A DNA stretch of 64,000 nt, taken from Octopus vulgaris. Taxonomy: Eukaryota. A model generated the notes under the pieces. The model was not told the origin of the DNA. It did not search any database and saw only the letters and a program-made list of their open reading frames with translations. Shown piece after piece: positions 42,450 through 56,317 of the stretch. Each line of letters begins with the position of its first letter. Positions within the stretch are counted from its first letter, which is position 1. Position numbers and translations under genes: made by a program. The DNA lies in the NCBI GenBank assembly GCA_951406725.2, contig OX597823.1, positions 113,956,001 to 114,020,000 of the forward strand, written 5' to 3'.

Positions 42450-44900
42450 AGGAATGGGAGCAGGTTTAATCCCTTCAGCCATGACCTCAAATTCTTCAAG
42501 TTCTCCTTGGAAACGAGATTGGAGAACGAGATTCTGTCCCCCAGAAAACCTGCTGAAAACTAGAAATCATATAAAATTATAAACTCAGAAAATCCAATCG
42601 CCAGGCAAAGATTTAGCGCCAAGCATTGAACACTTCATATCAAATATTAGCGTCATGAAAGTGACCTCTCCTATTTGTATTCTCCAGCCAGCAACCATAC
42701 ACTGAGAGTAAACCTATCCAACCGGGCCCTTCTTACCAACCTCAAACACTTTTCATCATAAATGGTGGACGGGCAAACACACGTGTCTTTGTAGTGATCC
42801 TGATCGCTTTCTATTGCGTCGTTCAGTACGAATTGGAATCAGTCCTAAAATTGTTGCATTTGTACCCGTTTTAATGAACTGAATCCAGCAATGTACAATG
42901 GTCGAAGTGAATGGCCACCTCCCAGAACACTCCCATATCTCGTCTACAATCTGCGAATGGCGTCCTGTCTGGCTTCTTCTATAGATGCTGTTCATCGACC
43001 CGAAGGCAGAAACGTTAGCACGCCGGGCGAAATGCGAAGCCGTATTTCGTCTGCCGTTACGTTCTGAGTTCAAATTCCGCCGAGGTCGACTTTACTTTTC
43101 ATCCTTTCGGAGTCGATAAATTAAGTACTAGTTACGCATTGGGGTCGATATAATCGACTTAATCCCTTTGTCTGTCATTGTTTTTCCCCCTCTATGTTTA
43201 GCCCCTTGTGAGTAGTAAAGAAATAGGTATTTCGTCTGTCTCTACTTTCTGAGTTCAAATTCCGCCGAGGTCGACTTTGCCTTTTATCCTCTAGGGGTCG
43301 ATAAATTAAGTACCAGTTACGCACCGGAGTCGATATAATCGACTTAATCCCTTTGTCTGTCCTTGTTTGTCCCCTCTATGTCTAGCCCCTTGTGGGTAGT
43401 AAAGAAATAGGTATTTCGTCTGCCGCTACGTTCTGAGTTCATATTCCGCCGAGGTCGACTTTGCCTTTCATCCTTTCGGTGTCGATTAAATAAGTACCAG
43501 TTACGCACTGGGGTCGATGTAATCGACTTAATCCGTGTGATTGTCCTTGTTTGTCCCCTCTATGTCTAGCCCCTTGTGGGTAATAAAGAAATAGGTATTT
43601 CGTCTGCCGCTACGTTCTGAGTTCATATTCCGCCGAGGTCGACTTTGCCTTTCATCCTTTCGGGGTCGATTAAATAAGTACCAATTACGCACTGGGGTCG
43701 ATGTAATCGACTTAATCCGCGTGTCTCTCCTTGTTTGTCCCCTCTGTGTTTAGCCCCTTGTGGGTAATAAAGAAATAGGCAGGACTATCGAGAATTAACA
43801 GTTTGAGCTGGGCTTCATGACGTATGAAGATGTCGTCTTTGTAATAATGTCGGACACCACAGAAGTAGCAAGTGTATGTGGTTTATACCATTCTAAATCG
43901 AAGCAATGCCAGGAATGAAAATAAATCTGAAATTTCCGGTGAGTTTCAGTTCGGCACCTTGAGGGGCCAGTTTATATCATTGGATAGTGCAGTGAGGTTC
44001 TGTCAGACGGACGGATAAGGTTTTGGGGGGATATCCAGGTGATCAGGAATCGGTTTGTGATTACGAATAGATTGGCTAGCCTCACCCAGAAATGCCCTGG
44101 AGAAAAATATACATGAACGGTTGAGCCGAAGTAGAGAATGCCTAAATCATATTCTTCATAATTTATCTGTTGACCGTCCAACCTAGAATCAGTTTTGCCT
44201 GACTTAATTGGAGCATCTGCGACTCCATTTCCTCTGCTAGGAACATGTTTCCCTGCTTAGGCAGGTCATTCGTTACTAACGCTTAAAGGGGTCTTGACAT
44301 GATCTGGGGATTGCTTTACTGAAACAGTCTAATGCTCTACCACCTACAGGCATTTCTAAACAATAAGTAAGGTTTCTCTTCATTTGTAGTTCCACAGCTC
44401 GTCTCCTTGACAGAGAGCAGTCTTGTGTTAAGAAATTACTAAGTTGGGGCACCTGATATGTGGAATCCGGTGAATACATAAATTTATTGTAGCGAATAAA
44501 ATAGAAGATGCTCTAAAGGGATCTTTGTTCGTGCGGGAGAACGAGCCGGTAATCTGAACGGGAGAACATTTGGGCCGGGGATACGTTTAAGTAGCTTATT
44601 GAATTCGTTAATTCTTTAGTGTTACTTAGTATCCAATGGCATAAACTTGCCTCTCTGGGTGCCAAACTGAAACTCACTGAACATTTCAGATCTATTTTCA
44701 CTCCTGACATAGATTCCAATTGATATGGAATGGTATCAAATGCATCCACCTTCTACTGGGCTCCAGAGACGAAGCATTGAGAGACAAAGCAATGCAGCAT
44801 GCATCGATGGATTGCTTACTTGTTGTAACTCTTCTCAGAGTTAAACATGTGTTTACGTTAGGCCAAGATTCCTACCTAGAAAACAATCAAATTTAGAGTA
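42450..44900 (-). mobile_element. Very old CR1/L2-like RT remnant split by the SINE array
   Basis: Collinear faint motifs DYRLVL (NYRPVSL), LDCFSKA (LDFSKAFD) and EYDLGI (EKDLGV). Confidence 0.45.
43005..43779 (+). repeat. Head-to-tail tetramer of SINE family B (184-bp period)
   Basis: Units 2-4 restart at GGTATTTCG at 43226, 43410 and 43594; the array ends at 43779; only unit 1 has head sequence upstream. Confidence 0.95.
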
Positions 44901-45094
44901 GCATCGATGACAATGCAAAGAAAGACAAATCTCGAGAACGGTGGAGAAAGCCTTTAATCCCCTATTTTTCATAAGGGTGTGGGGTTTAGGTAAATAAATA
45001 TTACTTAATGTTGAGTATTCAAGGAACGTCCGTCAGAAGTTTATTTGTCAGAGTGTAAAAGAAGGACCCAAATCCTGTAGATGATTGATACACT

Positions 45095-45486
45095 CTTTTA
45101 CTCCTTTACTTGTTTCAGTCATTTGACTGTGGCCATGCTGGAGCACCACCTTTAGTCGAGCAAATGGACTACAAATTCTTTGTAAGCCTAGTACTTATTC
45201 TATCGGTCTTTTGCCGAACTGCTAACTTACGGGGACGTAAACACACCACCATCAGTTGTCAAGCGATGTTGGGGGTTACAAACACAGACACACAAACATA
45301 TACACACACACATACATATATTTATACATATACACGACAGGCTTCTTTCAGTTTCCGTCTACTAAATCCACTCACAAGGCCCAAGACTATAGTAGAAGAC
45401 ACTGGCCCAAGGTGACACGCAGTGGGACTGAACCCGGAACCTTGTGGTTCGTAAGCAAGCTACTTACCACACAGCCACTTCTACGC
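45095..45486 (-). mobile_element. SINE family A
   Basis: Near full-length reverse copy. Confidence 0.88.
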
Positions 45487-46088
45487 CACTCCTACGTGAT
45501 ATGTAAATTTCTCTTTCATATGTATCGTAATATTTCATGTTGGTATCATTTTAGTCTTCCATTCCTTCCATTCCTTCAGAGTCATAGAATTAATGAAACG
45601 GACTCCATTAAGCAATGGATATTCCATCGGCAATTGCATTTTCGTGACAATTAGAAGCCTTACGCAAATCTAAGGTATCATAAGTATTTTCTCTAAGTGA
45701 TCGAAAGCTGAGAGAAATAAACTAGAATACGATTTCTCAGTTATCAAGTGTTTGGGCTGCAAATTTCAATGTTCCATGGCGCCAGTCTTTACTTTAATTC
45801 CACTTTACTCTACAATATCAGTGGTAATGATTTACTTTGAGTTGTGGCATCGGCTATACAACACCACAGTATCATTTGGCTATATGTTTTAGTTAATGTC
45901 AAAATAAATTCGTTACTATCGTTTTTCAATCACCCCCCATATAAAAATCTCTTAATATAGACCAACAAAGCAAATACTGAGATATCAGCCAATAGATGTA
46001 TTCACAAACGTAATCGTATACACAACAAAAGACAACACACATAAGCACACACACGTACAGTCATACACACACACAGTTTCTCTCTCCC

Positions 46089-46173
<85 letters not shown>

Positions 46174-46470
46174 GCAGCGGTCATTTACTAAGATCCTTTC
46201 AAAATACTTCTTAAACGTATGATCTTGTCTTCTCAGTGTATAGTAAACATAATTATATTCTAACTGAAATCGTAATTAGTTTATGGGTATATGTACACGA
46301 CTAAAAGTATTGATGTATCGAATTAAATAGGCGAGACAATTTTGTTTCTGTATTGTTGCTAGAAATAGATATTTACATTTCTATCCCAATAGAGTTCCTT
46401 CTCGTGAATTTCGCCGTTGTTTATCTCGTCCTCTCCAATTCTCCACAATCAATTGTGAATTACATCCAGC

Positions 46471-46501
<31 letters not shown>

Positions 46502-46685
46502 AATGAAATCATTAAAATTTACTTTATACAATAAAACGTCATTATATCTCTGTCCATCTTTCTATCTGTCTTTCCAACATTTTGTACCTCCATCTACCTT
46601 TTCACCTATCCACCCGTTCTATCTATCTATCTATCAATCTACGATGCATAGATACCTGGACATCTTTGTTACTAATATATATATA

Positions 46686-46833
46686 TAAGTTCAGCAAAAA
46701 TTTAGATTCAGATGAATATGGTACTTAAGTTAAAGGCACCAGAATTTGGTATGGTATTATCTATATTAACTGAAGTAGCATGAAACGATTGTACTACACT
46801 ACCTTTGGATATCCTTATTGCTTATTTTGATCA
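46686..46833 (+). mobile_element. Penelope-like end, related to 53280-53462
   Basis: Shares TGAAGTAGCATGAAACGATTGTACTACACTAC..GCTTATTTTGAT with the 53.4-kb copy. Confidence 0.6.
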
Positions 46834-46852
46834 TATATATATTTATATATAG

Positions 46853-47068
46853 ACGCCATGATAGATCGTTAGCCACTACACACATTTTTTCTCCCCTTTT
46901 TTTCTCTCCTCGTTTCTCTCCTTGTTTTCTGTGTCCTTTTCTGTAGAAGAGCGTTGGCTCGAAACGTAAAAGACTTTTTTCTATTTCTGAGCGTTATACT
47001 AATACATCTGTTTCTTTTCCACACCACCTGTTTTCGTCTTTTGTTGTTTTTTTCGTAAACTCTTCCTA
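46853..47068 (+). mobile_element. Short Penelope-derived element with minimal hammerhead
   Basis: TTTT-CTGTAGA-A-GAGC(GTTG)GCTC-GAAACGTA-AAAG at 46937-46972. Confidence 0.75.
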
Positions 47069-47806
47069 TATATATATATATATATATCAATAATCACTGA
47101 AACTTTTGAAGCACTGCACTACGAGTCACTCTCATTGTCTTAGTCTGATCCCTTTAGTTAAATAGAAATTCAAAATTCTCGGTAAGTCAATGATAGAGAA
47201 ATCTGAAAATTATAATGAGCTATGACGGTTTGTAAATCTTCCTACGAAACCGGTAAGTTACTGCAGACAAGCTGTCAAATAGATTCATTCTTATAACACT
47301 TGCGGGGAATGATGGTGACATGATGGAAGTTGTTCATTCTGTAACTTGGAATATCAAATGTCGCTTTGATATCACCGTTTAGGATCAGAATTGAAAGGCA
47401 TCCTGTCATCATGGACCGTCATATTTGATTCTTTATACTAAGTTACTATGCAAATTTAAAGCGTTTACAACCACAGTGGTTTATCTAATGAGAGTCAACA
47501 TCTAGAAATATCCAGAAATTAATGGAAAGTTACAGAAACGTATTTCACGATAAGCCCGTCAATAGAACACCAGACTTAAACGATTTAGGACCAAATATTC
47601 TTTTTGTGGCATATAAAATATTATCTAATAAATCACTTGAGATGCACATAAAGTGATGCATATTCTGTATTCCTGCGTGAACTAGAATAAAGTCAGAAGA
47701 GAATAGTAATAATGGTTCCATATTTTGGCACAAAACAGCAGTTTTAGGGGAGGCATAAGTCGATTATATCGGCCCCAGTGTTTAATTGGTAGTTATTTTA
47801 TCAACC

Positions 47807-48130
47807 GTGAAAGTGCATGGCTCAGTGGTTAGAGCGTCGGCTAACAATCGTGAGGTTGTGACTTCGAATTCCGGACTGGGCTGTGTGTTGCGTTCTTGAG
47901 CAAGACACTTTATTTCATGTTGCTCCAGTTCACTCAACTGTAGAAATGAGTTGCGACGTCACAGGTGCCAGGCTGTACCTGCTGTTGCCTTTCCCTTGGA
48001 GAGGGAGAGGGCAGGCCAGTATGCATGGGTGACGGCTAGTCTTCCATAAACAACCTTGCCCGGACTTGTGCCTGGGAGGGTAACTCTCTAGGTGTAATCC
48101 CACGGTCAGTCATGACCGAAGAGGGTCTCA
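47807..48130 (+). mobile_element. tRNA-derived SINE nested in an antisense family-B-related SINE (~47740-48262)
   Basis: TGGCTCAGTGGTTAGAGCG..TTCGAATTCC; 12-bp TSD ATTTTATCAACC (47795 and 48131). Confidence 0.85.
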
Positions 48131-48736
48131 ATTTTATCAACCTCAAAAGAATGAAAGGAAATGTCGACCCCGGGGACATTTGAATTCAGAGCTTGAAGTC
48201 AGACGAAATTCCGCTGAGCATTTCGCTTGACCTGCTAACGATTCTGCCATATCGCCGCCTTAAAAGGAATAAGAGTGATACACTTAGAAACGTCAGGTAC
48301 CAAAAGCCAATGAAAGTAATGCAGTGGCAACCATGCAGTACAGTACCCAAGAATGGCGGCAGCACAATGTATGATACTAAGGAATATTTAAACAGTGTCA
48401 AACAAGAAGGAAAGCACACACAATTACAGGCGCGTGCAATCAAGGCTACGAACAAATGGCACACACACACACAAAACCATCATGGCACGAAAGGTTTCGG
48501 AGATAGGTAAAAAAAGGCATATATACATATAACACAGATTGTTGTTTTGTGAGTCTATGATTGTGTGAGTGCGTGTGTCTGTGATTTTTGTGTATATATG
48601 TTTCCATATACCTCTATATATGTGTATATATGTGTGCGTGAGTTTATGTATATGTATGTATCTGCATACATATATGTGCATATATGTGTGCGTGTATGTC
48701 TATGTATATATGTGTGTGTGTCTGTATATATATATA

Positions 48737-48943
48737 TGATAGATCGTTAGCCACTACACACATTTTTCCCTCCTTTTTTTCTCTCCTTTTTTCTCTCCTT
48801 GTTTTTTTTCTGTGTCCCTTTCTGTAGAAGAGCATAGGCTCGAAACGTAAAAGACTTTGTCTATTCCTGAGCGTTATACTAATACATCTGTTTGTTTTGT
48901 ACACCACCTGTCTTCCTCTTTTGGTTTTTTTCGTAAACTCTCC

Positions 48944-48946
<3 letters not shown>
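48737..48946 (+). mobile_element. Short Penelope-derived element with minimal hammerhead
   Basis: CTTT-CTGTAGA-A-GAGC(ATAG)GCTC-GAAACGTA-AAAG at 48818-48853; flanked by (TA)n. Confidence 0.75.
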
Positions 48947-48987
<41 letters not shown>

Positions 48988-49689
48988 ATACGCGTGTGTG
49001 TGAGCAATGATGCATGTATATACGTATGTATATCTCTAAATATGTTGTATATAAGTGCTCACTTGTCTGTATATAAGTCAGCGTGTGCGGTTGTGAGCCA
49101 ATACGCAGAAACATCGCCGCCAGCGCGCAAACACACACACACACACACACACACATTCACACACACACACACATTCACACAGAGGCACACACATGCACCT
49201 ACACACCACATTGTTATTTCTTTCTGTTGATTAAATTATAATCAATATATCAGAGTGAAACATATTCAATTTCATAAAACAACAAGTAAACAAACAACAG
49301 AGCTGTATTCTATATTTCAAAGTAAACAAACTTCTTATCTGTAGCTAAGAGATAGCGAAACATAGTTGAATGAACAGAAGAAATATTGGATATGGGGAAT
49401 AAAGAACGGGAGTCTGGTGAATGAGATCGTAAATTTGCTGGAATTGGTTTGCCTATTCAATTTGGTATTTAAGTGGTAAGAAAAGTTATGAGTTGATTCT
49501 AAGTACGAAGCTCGCTCTCTTTCTCTCCTATATATGTATGTATTATTGTCTGGATGGATGGATGGATGGATGGATGGATGGATGGATGGATGGATGGATG
49601 GATGGATGGATAGATGGATGGATGAATGGATATATATGTATATGTACAATTTGATGTATATAATATATCTATAAATACATATTTATGTT

Positions 49690-49801
<112 letters not shown>

Positions 49802-50149
49802 ATATGTTATATGTACGTATTTATATATATAGAAACACAGACAGACAGACACACACACACACACACACATATATGTGTGTGTGTGTGTGTGTATGTATAT
49901 AATTTCTTCGTTCATAATCTCAGTTTTATTGTTCCGTCTTGTCTCTATTCCTACTCTCTTACTCAATCTTTTGCTTTTTCTCTCCCCGTTCTTTCTCACA
50001 ATCTCATGCATACACATAGACACACACATATTTATTTATATATTTACATGTATGTGTAATAACGTGATTGTGTACATCCAAGTATATTGTTAGACCTATT
50101 GCTATATATATATACATATACGTATGCATAAACACATGAAAAACAATAC

Positions 50150-50246
<97 letters not shown>

Positions 50247-50249
50247 CAT

Positions 50250-51327
50250 AACGGGAAGCTTTATGAAAATAAACAAAAGACGAAGGCAGGTGGAAAACAA
50301 ACGAACAATTGTATTAGTATGGCGCTCAGGAAATATAAATAAAACAAGTCTTTAACGTTTCGAGCCTACGCTCTTCAACAGAAAGATACACAGAGAGAGA
50401 AAAACCCAGAAAGAAGGAGAGAAAAAAATGCGTGCAGTAGCTAACGAATCAACATGGCGATCTGATTTCGGCCAGAGGTCAAAGATCAAACATGAGACGC
50501 GAGAGCGAAATAAGGGGAGATAATAGGGTTGATAAAAGGGTTGAGGGACCAGCTAAAAGTGCGTGGGAGGGGTCTGGATGTGTGTATGTATAGGGTTGGT
50601 GTATGTATTAGTATGTATAGGGGTGTGTGTGTATGAGAGAGTATTAGTGCGTAAGATTGGTCTGGACGTGCGTATGTATGGGGTTGGTGTATGTATTAGT
50701 ATGTATTAGTATGTATTAGTACGTATTGGTATGTATAGGTGTGTGTGTGTGTGTGTGAGAGAGTATAAGTGCGTATGCGGGGTCTGGACGTGTGTATGTA
50801 TAGGGTTGGTGTAAGTATTAGTATGTACTGGTATGTATTAGTACGTATTAGTATGTATTAGTTGGTGTGTGTATTAGTATGGCACATCATATGTGATGTG
50901 ATGTGTAAAGTCATGTGGTGTAGTGAGGAGAAGAGGGGGAGGGGAGAAGAGGGGGGGAGAGAAGGCGAGGGGAAGAAGAGGGGAGGAGAAGGGGAAGAGG
51001 AGAGGATGGGGGAGAAGGACGGGGAGGAGGGGGATGAAGGATGAAAGAGGGAGAGGGGGAGAGAGGGAGTGAGGGAGCAGAGGGAAGGGGAAGAGGGAGG
51101 GAGAAAGAGGGAAGAAGGGAAGGGGAGTAGGGGTGAAAGGATGAAGGACTGAAGAAGTAGGGGTCGGTGGGAGAAAGGATAGGTGAGGAGGGGGAGAGGA
51201 GGGGGAGAGTTGAGACCAAATGGCGTATAAGAGCGAAGAGAGAAGATTAATTCCTGTTCACGGCGCAAACGGGAATCCGGATGGCCTCTGTGTAAGGACA
51301 AACCGAACACAGATAGGTGTTGCAACA
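50250..51327 (-). mobile_element. 5'-truncated Penelope-like element: GIY-YIG C-terminus, pyrimidine-rich/minisatellite UTR, hammerhead end
   Basis: LQHLSVFGL..SRLRREQELIFSLRSYTPFGLN (RxxRE..I..L....P.GLN); hammerhead at 50348-50389; (GATA)n on both sides. Confidence 0.82.
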
Positions 51328-51344
51328 TACATACATAGACAGAG

Positions 51345-51451
<107 letters not shown>

Positions 51452-51508
51452 CATATATACATACATACATAGACAGAGATAGATACATAGATACGTAGAG
51501 ATAAATAA

Positions 51509-51592
<84 letters not shown>

Positions 51593-52329
51593 ATAGATAG
51601 ATTAGTTAAAGGATTCAGTAGAATCTAGGCACATCAACATGTAGGATGCCAGAAATTGCTAGGTACAATAACACGGGCTTCGCAGTGAAGTAAAACAACG
51701 AAGGTATCATGTGTTGGTAAATACTGTAGATATGCAAAAACGAAATCCAATTTAAGCCGCCCATCCGATTCAGGGTTGGTTTTAGGTGCGGGGTAAGTAT
51801 AAAAAAAGAACATAAATGGGGACTAAGGTAACATTTCATTGATGCAATCATAGATGTTAGTTGGTTTCGTACAATCAAGGTATTATCGTATTTGTTTTTA
51901 TCTGTTTTATAGTGTGCCTAAAGATGGAGGATTAAATGCTATGTTGTATACATGAATAAGGTGTTGCTTAAACAGTTGCAGTAAATTTTAAAGCGCACTT
52001 ATCTTCTTTGTATATATAAAAGATAGAATGGAAAAGAACTCGATATCCACTGTTCTATCCTCTGGTTAAACCACACATCGGCACCCTGTTGTCATTCTCA
52101 GAAATGATTGCAGCAAGCATATCCAGAAGAACAGAGAAGGTGAAAGAAAAAAGAAAATCCACGGCTGTGAGACAGGCTAATAAAGGAAAGGTTGATACTG
52201 GCGCTTCCCCCACCACTGCAGACAGCCAAAAAGACGGGTGGGATGCAAAAGGAAGAAAAAAAAAACTAACCAATGATAAAACAATAGCTCCCAGAAACAG
52301 CGAGACCAAGGCGTAAAACAAACAGTAAA

Positions 52330-53105
52330 AGAACGGAAAACAAGAAACTTGGGAGCAACCTGAAGACCTCCAACAATGTGGGCAAAAGAAATGGGAGGTG
52401 CAAATACAAAACTAGAATCAATGTAGATTTAACTTGCAAGGAATCTACTGTCATGGTGAAGATGGGGCAAAATTCCGTTTTACACCAAACTTGCAAAACC
52501 ACTGCAGCTTCTTTTTCAGTCCTTCCTGGTAATGGTAAGCTCCTAGACAAATTAAGGACGAGTTTACGCCTGGAAGAAGTCCAAAGAAGTTTATCATGCT
52601 GGCTGCTTGCCTCCTGTCATTGAATTCGGTGGTGGGTCTCTTTGATGATTTGAACAGTGATACCTTGGCTTTATTTTGGCCCTGCAGTTGCACTTTATGC
52701 GGGGTGAACCTGCAGATGTATTTACAAGTTTAGGACAACCAAGGCCATCCTATGATGCAAGCATTATTTCCTAATTTCGAAGCAATCTTCCAAGAAAATA
52801 ATGCGCCAATCCGCACTGCTACAGTGGTTTAAAATTGGTTTCAAGAATAAAAAAAGTGAAGTCGAGCTCTTAAATTGGCCCGTACAATCACCAAATCTAA
52901 ATACCGTTCAACGTTTATAGTGCACTTTGGAGAAACAAGTGATGAATCGCGCCCCTCCTACGTTTTGATTAATGAACGGGTCAGAATTCCTCTAGCAGCT
53001 GTTTTAAAGCTGTATGAGTCTATTCTACGACGTATTGTTGTAGTTATTTGCAACCAAAGGAGAGTCAACTCTTATTTGGCAAGGTTTTTCCATTATTTTG
53101 TCCGA
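52330..53105 (+). pseudogene. Degraded Tc1-family transposase
   Basis: GRVYAWKKSKE..CLPPVIEFGGGSLMI, FQENNAPIRTA and WPVQSPNLN resemble Tc1 GGGSVM, QDDNAPIH and WPxQSPDLN; many stops. Confidence 0.8.
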
Positions 53106-53180
53106 TTCTTTTATATGTATGAGAAGTCAAAGGAAATTGTGTTACTGTATTAGTGAATGTAATTAGCTTTATTACAATAG

Positions 53181-53232
<52 letters not shown>

Positions 53233-53233
53233 G

Positions 53234-53279
<46 letters not shown>

Positions 53280-53281
<2 letters not shown>

Positions 53282-53462
53282 AATGTTGGCAAATGGAATA
53301 AGTATAAAAATGAACATTGTCAATTTAATTTTTAAAATTCTATATGTGACTGAAGAGTGCTCTACATTTTAAAACTGATGTAATACTTACATTTTTTAAT
53401 GAAGTAGCATGAAACGATTGTACTACACTACATTTGGATATTCTTGATGCTTATTTTGATTA
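53280..53462 (+). mobile_element. Penelope-like end with canonical-core hammerhead motif
   Basis: CTGAAGA (53350-53356)-GTGCT...AGCAT-GAAACGATTGTA (to 53422). Confidence 0.6.
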
Positions 53463-54664
53463 TATATATACATATAAATATATATGTATGAATTAAAAGC
53501 GACGGAAAGGGGCTTATCCTTAAACAGGAAATCTGAGCAGCGGTTTAAGTATTGTAAGAGCTAGTTGTAAGCTGGTGTAGATTAAGTCTACCATCAAAGA
53601 ATAGGTACTCTACTTCTGACCCGAAACTGTGATAGGCGTTATATACATCAGTTGCCATGCAGAATGACTGAAACTTTTTAACCATACCGCTATAGAGCTA
53701 CACACACATACTACATAAATGCTTCGAATGTATCACGGATAATTATATTTGAAAAAACTAAAGGCGTTAAACTTAGCAATGGTGTAAATCTTTGACGGTT
53801 TAATATAAGTTAGATACATAGTAGAAAGAGTCGAACAATGAAATTCTTTGTCCACTGCAATTGCTTTATGTAGTTACAATGTGGCTTAGATATAACATCG
53901 TGGGTCGTTGTTGTACCTGTTATTGTTGCTCTTGTTCCTTACGATAGCTTCAGCTAATCCAGATCGAGTTGACCCTGTTAGTACCAACGCATATTAAGTT
54001 CATCCCACAGTTTTTCTCCATTCTTATTTTATCTGCAGTTAAAAGCAGCGAAATGGAAGAGTCGTTAGGACGTCGGATAGATTGTTCTTGAATTGAATGC
54101 TACAGGTTTTGTGTTTTGGAATTCCATTCACACTTAAATCGTCTTCCTATAGTTCTCGATAAATAAAGTTCCAATATAAAGTGAAAGGAATTATGAAGTG
54201 CCGGTCGACAAACTTTCTGGCACTTTATAATCTTAGTTCACGTTATAGTTTCAAAGAGCAAAGGGAAGAGAGGTATTTAGGTATCGGCCAAAGGTGATTG
54301 GCTTAGATCGATGCCTCGATAGGAACACTATTTCAATGGTATTTATACAAAGTATGAAACATGCACAACAGGGTAGAAAAAGCGTACCCAGAATTACATT
54401 ATTTTATGTGTCGTTTTTATGAGTCTGTGACGAGTGATTCTAGGGAGATTTAATTTCTACATTTGGCATTGAACTCATTATAATTTCGATTGAACTTATA
54501 ATTTTCTCACTTAAAATATTTCACTTTCCGATGGACTGGTTCGTTAGAAATTCTGTTTAGAGTCGAATCAGCGACATGTTCTCTCTCGTATGCATGTCCT
54601 ACTCGATACCTTTAATTTCATTTCACTCCAAGGTAAACGATGATTTCATGTCATGGTATTTTTA

Positions 54665-54896
54665 AGGCGGCGAGCTGGCAGAAACGTTAGCACGCCGGGC
54701 GAAATGCGTAGCGGTATTTCGTCTGCCGTAACGTTCTGAGTTCAAATTCCGCCGAGGTCGACTTTACCTTTCATCCTTTCGGGGTCGATAAATTAAGTAC
54801 CAGTTACGCACTGGGGTCGATCTAATCGACTTAATCCGTTTGTATGTCCTTGTTTGTCCTCTCTGTGTTTAGCCCCTTGTGGGTAGTAAAGAAATA
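54665..54896 (+). mobile_element. SINE family B, full length, 10-bp TSD
   Basis: GGTATTTTTA at 54655-54664 and 54897-54906. Confidence 0.92.
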
Positions 54897-55050
54897 GGTA
54901 TTTTTATGGCATTGTGAAAGCTTATAAGAATGAAGAGAGGTATATATTTGTGTACGTTGCTGAGCATACAGCTAAAATTACAAGTATTTAAATACTTACA
55001 CAATATATATATATATATATATAACCCTAACCCTGTTACCAAAGACTGTA

Positions 55051-56317
55051 CGAGGGACGTTCAATAAGTAATGCCTCTGACCCACTTGCTGTTGCTTGAT
55101 CTAGCTGAAAATTTGCATGTGCAATCATTTATATTTCTATAGAGTAAGTGGCAAATTACAGCTCTGAATTAATTGTGGTTTCTGATTTACAGGTGTTTGA
55201 ACCGAGTCAAGTGTGAAATGGAGCCTGTTGAGTATCGAGCAGTGATCCGGTTTTTGTATTTGAAAGGACGCACACCACGGGAGACTTTTGATGAAATGAA
55301 AGTAACTTATGGTGATGATACCCCATCATATGACCTTGTAAAACGCTGGTATCGTGAATTCAAACATGGTCGGAACTCTGTGGAAACAGCTCCCAGATCT
55401 GGTCGCCCCTTCTGCCATTGATGAGGCATCAGTCCGTCAAGTTAAGGCTGCCATTTTGGAAGATCGACGCATAATTATTCGCCAAATAGCCCATGAGGTC
55501 AAGATTAGTACCGGGTCTGTAGAAACTATCATTCATGACCATTTGCATATGCAAAAGGTGTCTGCCAGATGGATTCCCAAGTTGCTCACGCCTTTCCAGA
55601 AGCAAGAACGCGTCGAGTGCTCAAGGGTGAATTTGGAGATGTGCCAAGAAGATGAGTTAAAATTTTTCAAAAGACTGATTACACAGGATGAAACCTGGGT
55701 CCATCACGATGATCCAGAGACCAAAGCCCAGTCAATGCAGTGGAAGCACCGTGACCTACCCCCTCCAAAGAAGGCAAGGTCATGCTCACAGTCTTCTGGG
55801 ACCAGGACGGAGTAGTGATGACAGATTTCTTGGCAAAGGTACCACAATTGCAGGAGCCTATTATGCTTCACTTTTGAGGAAATTAAGAGAAGTTATCAAA
55901 ATCAAGAGGCGGGGCTAGATCAGCAAAGGCATCCTCCTCCTGCAGGACAACGCTCCGGTCCACAACTCGCTTGTCGCCAGATCAGAAGCACAGGCGTATG
56001 GCTATGAACTCCTCACCCATCCCCCTACTTTCCTGACCTTGCACCCTCTGATTTTCACCTCTTCCCAGTCATGAAGTTGTTTTTGAAAGGAAAGCGTTTC
56101 CCAGATGATGCAGCCTTGATTTCTGAAGTCACGTTCAGGTTGGAGGACCAAGCTGGGGTCTTCTAAAAAAACGGTCTCCAGAGCTGCATCAAGCAATGGG
56201 AGAAATGCGTAACTCTGGATGGTTCCTATGTAGAAAAAGACTAATAACTGTGCCAAGTTTCGTTGCTCTACTGCTATGGGAAGTGGGTCAGGGGCATTAC
56301 TTATTGAACGCCCCTCG
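55051..56317 (+). mobile_element. mariner transposon (irritans-like), both TIRs, TA TSD
   Basis: TA|CGAGGGACGTTCAATAAGTAATGCCTCTGACCCACTT ... AAGTGGGTCAGGGGCATTACTTATTGAACGCCCCTCG|TA. Confidence 0.95.
55218..56244 (+). pseudogene. mariner DD34D transposase, frameshifted with stops
   Basis: YRAVIRFL, PRSGRP, ARWIPKLL, TQDETW, QDNAPVH and YFPDLAPSDFHLF motifs in different frames. Confidence 0.93.

Noticed and set aside
43005-43779. CRISPR-like or regularly spaced array
   Set aside because: Whole units repeat with no unique spacers, the DNA is eukaryotic, and no cas genes are present.
55023-55034. Telomeric repeat
   Set aside because: Only two units, too short to call.
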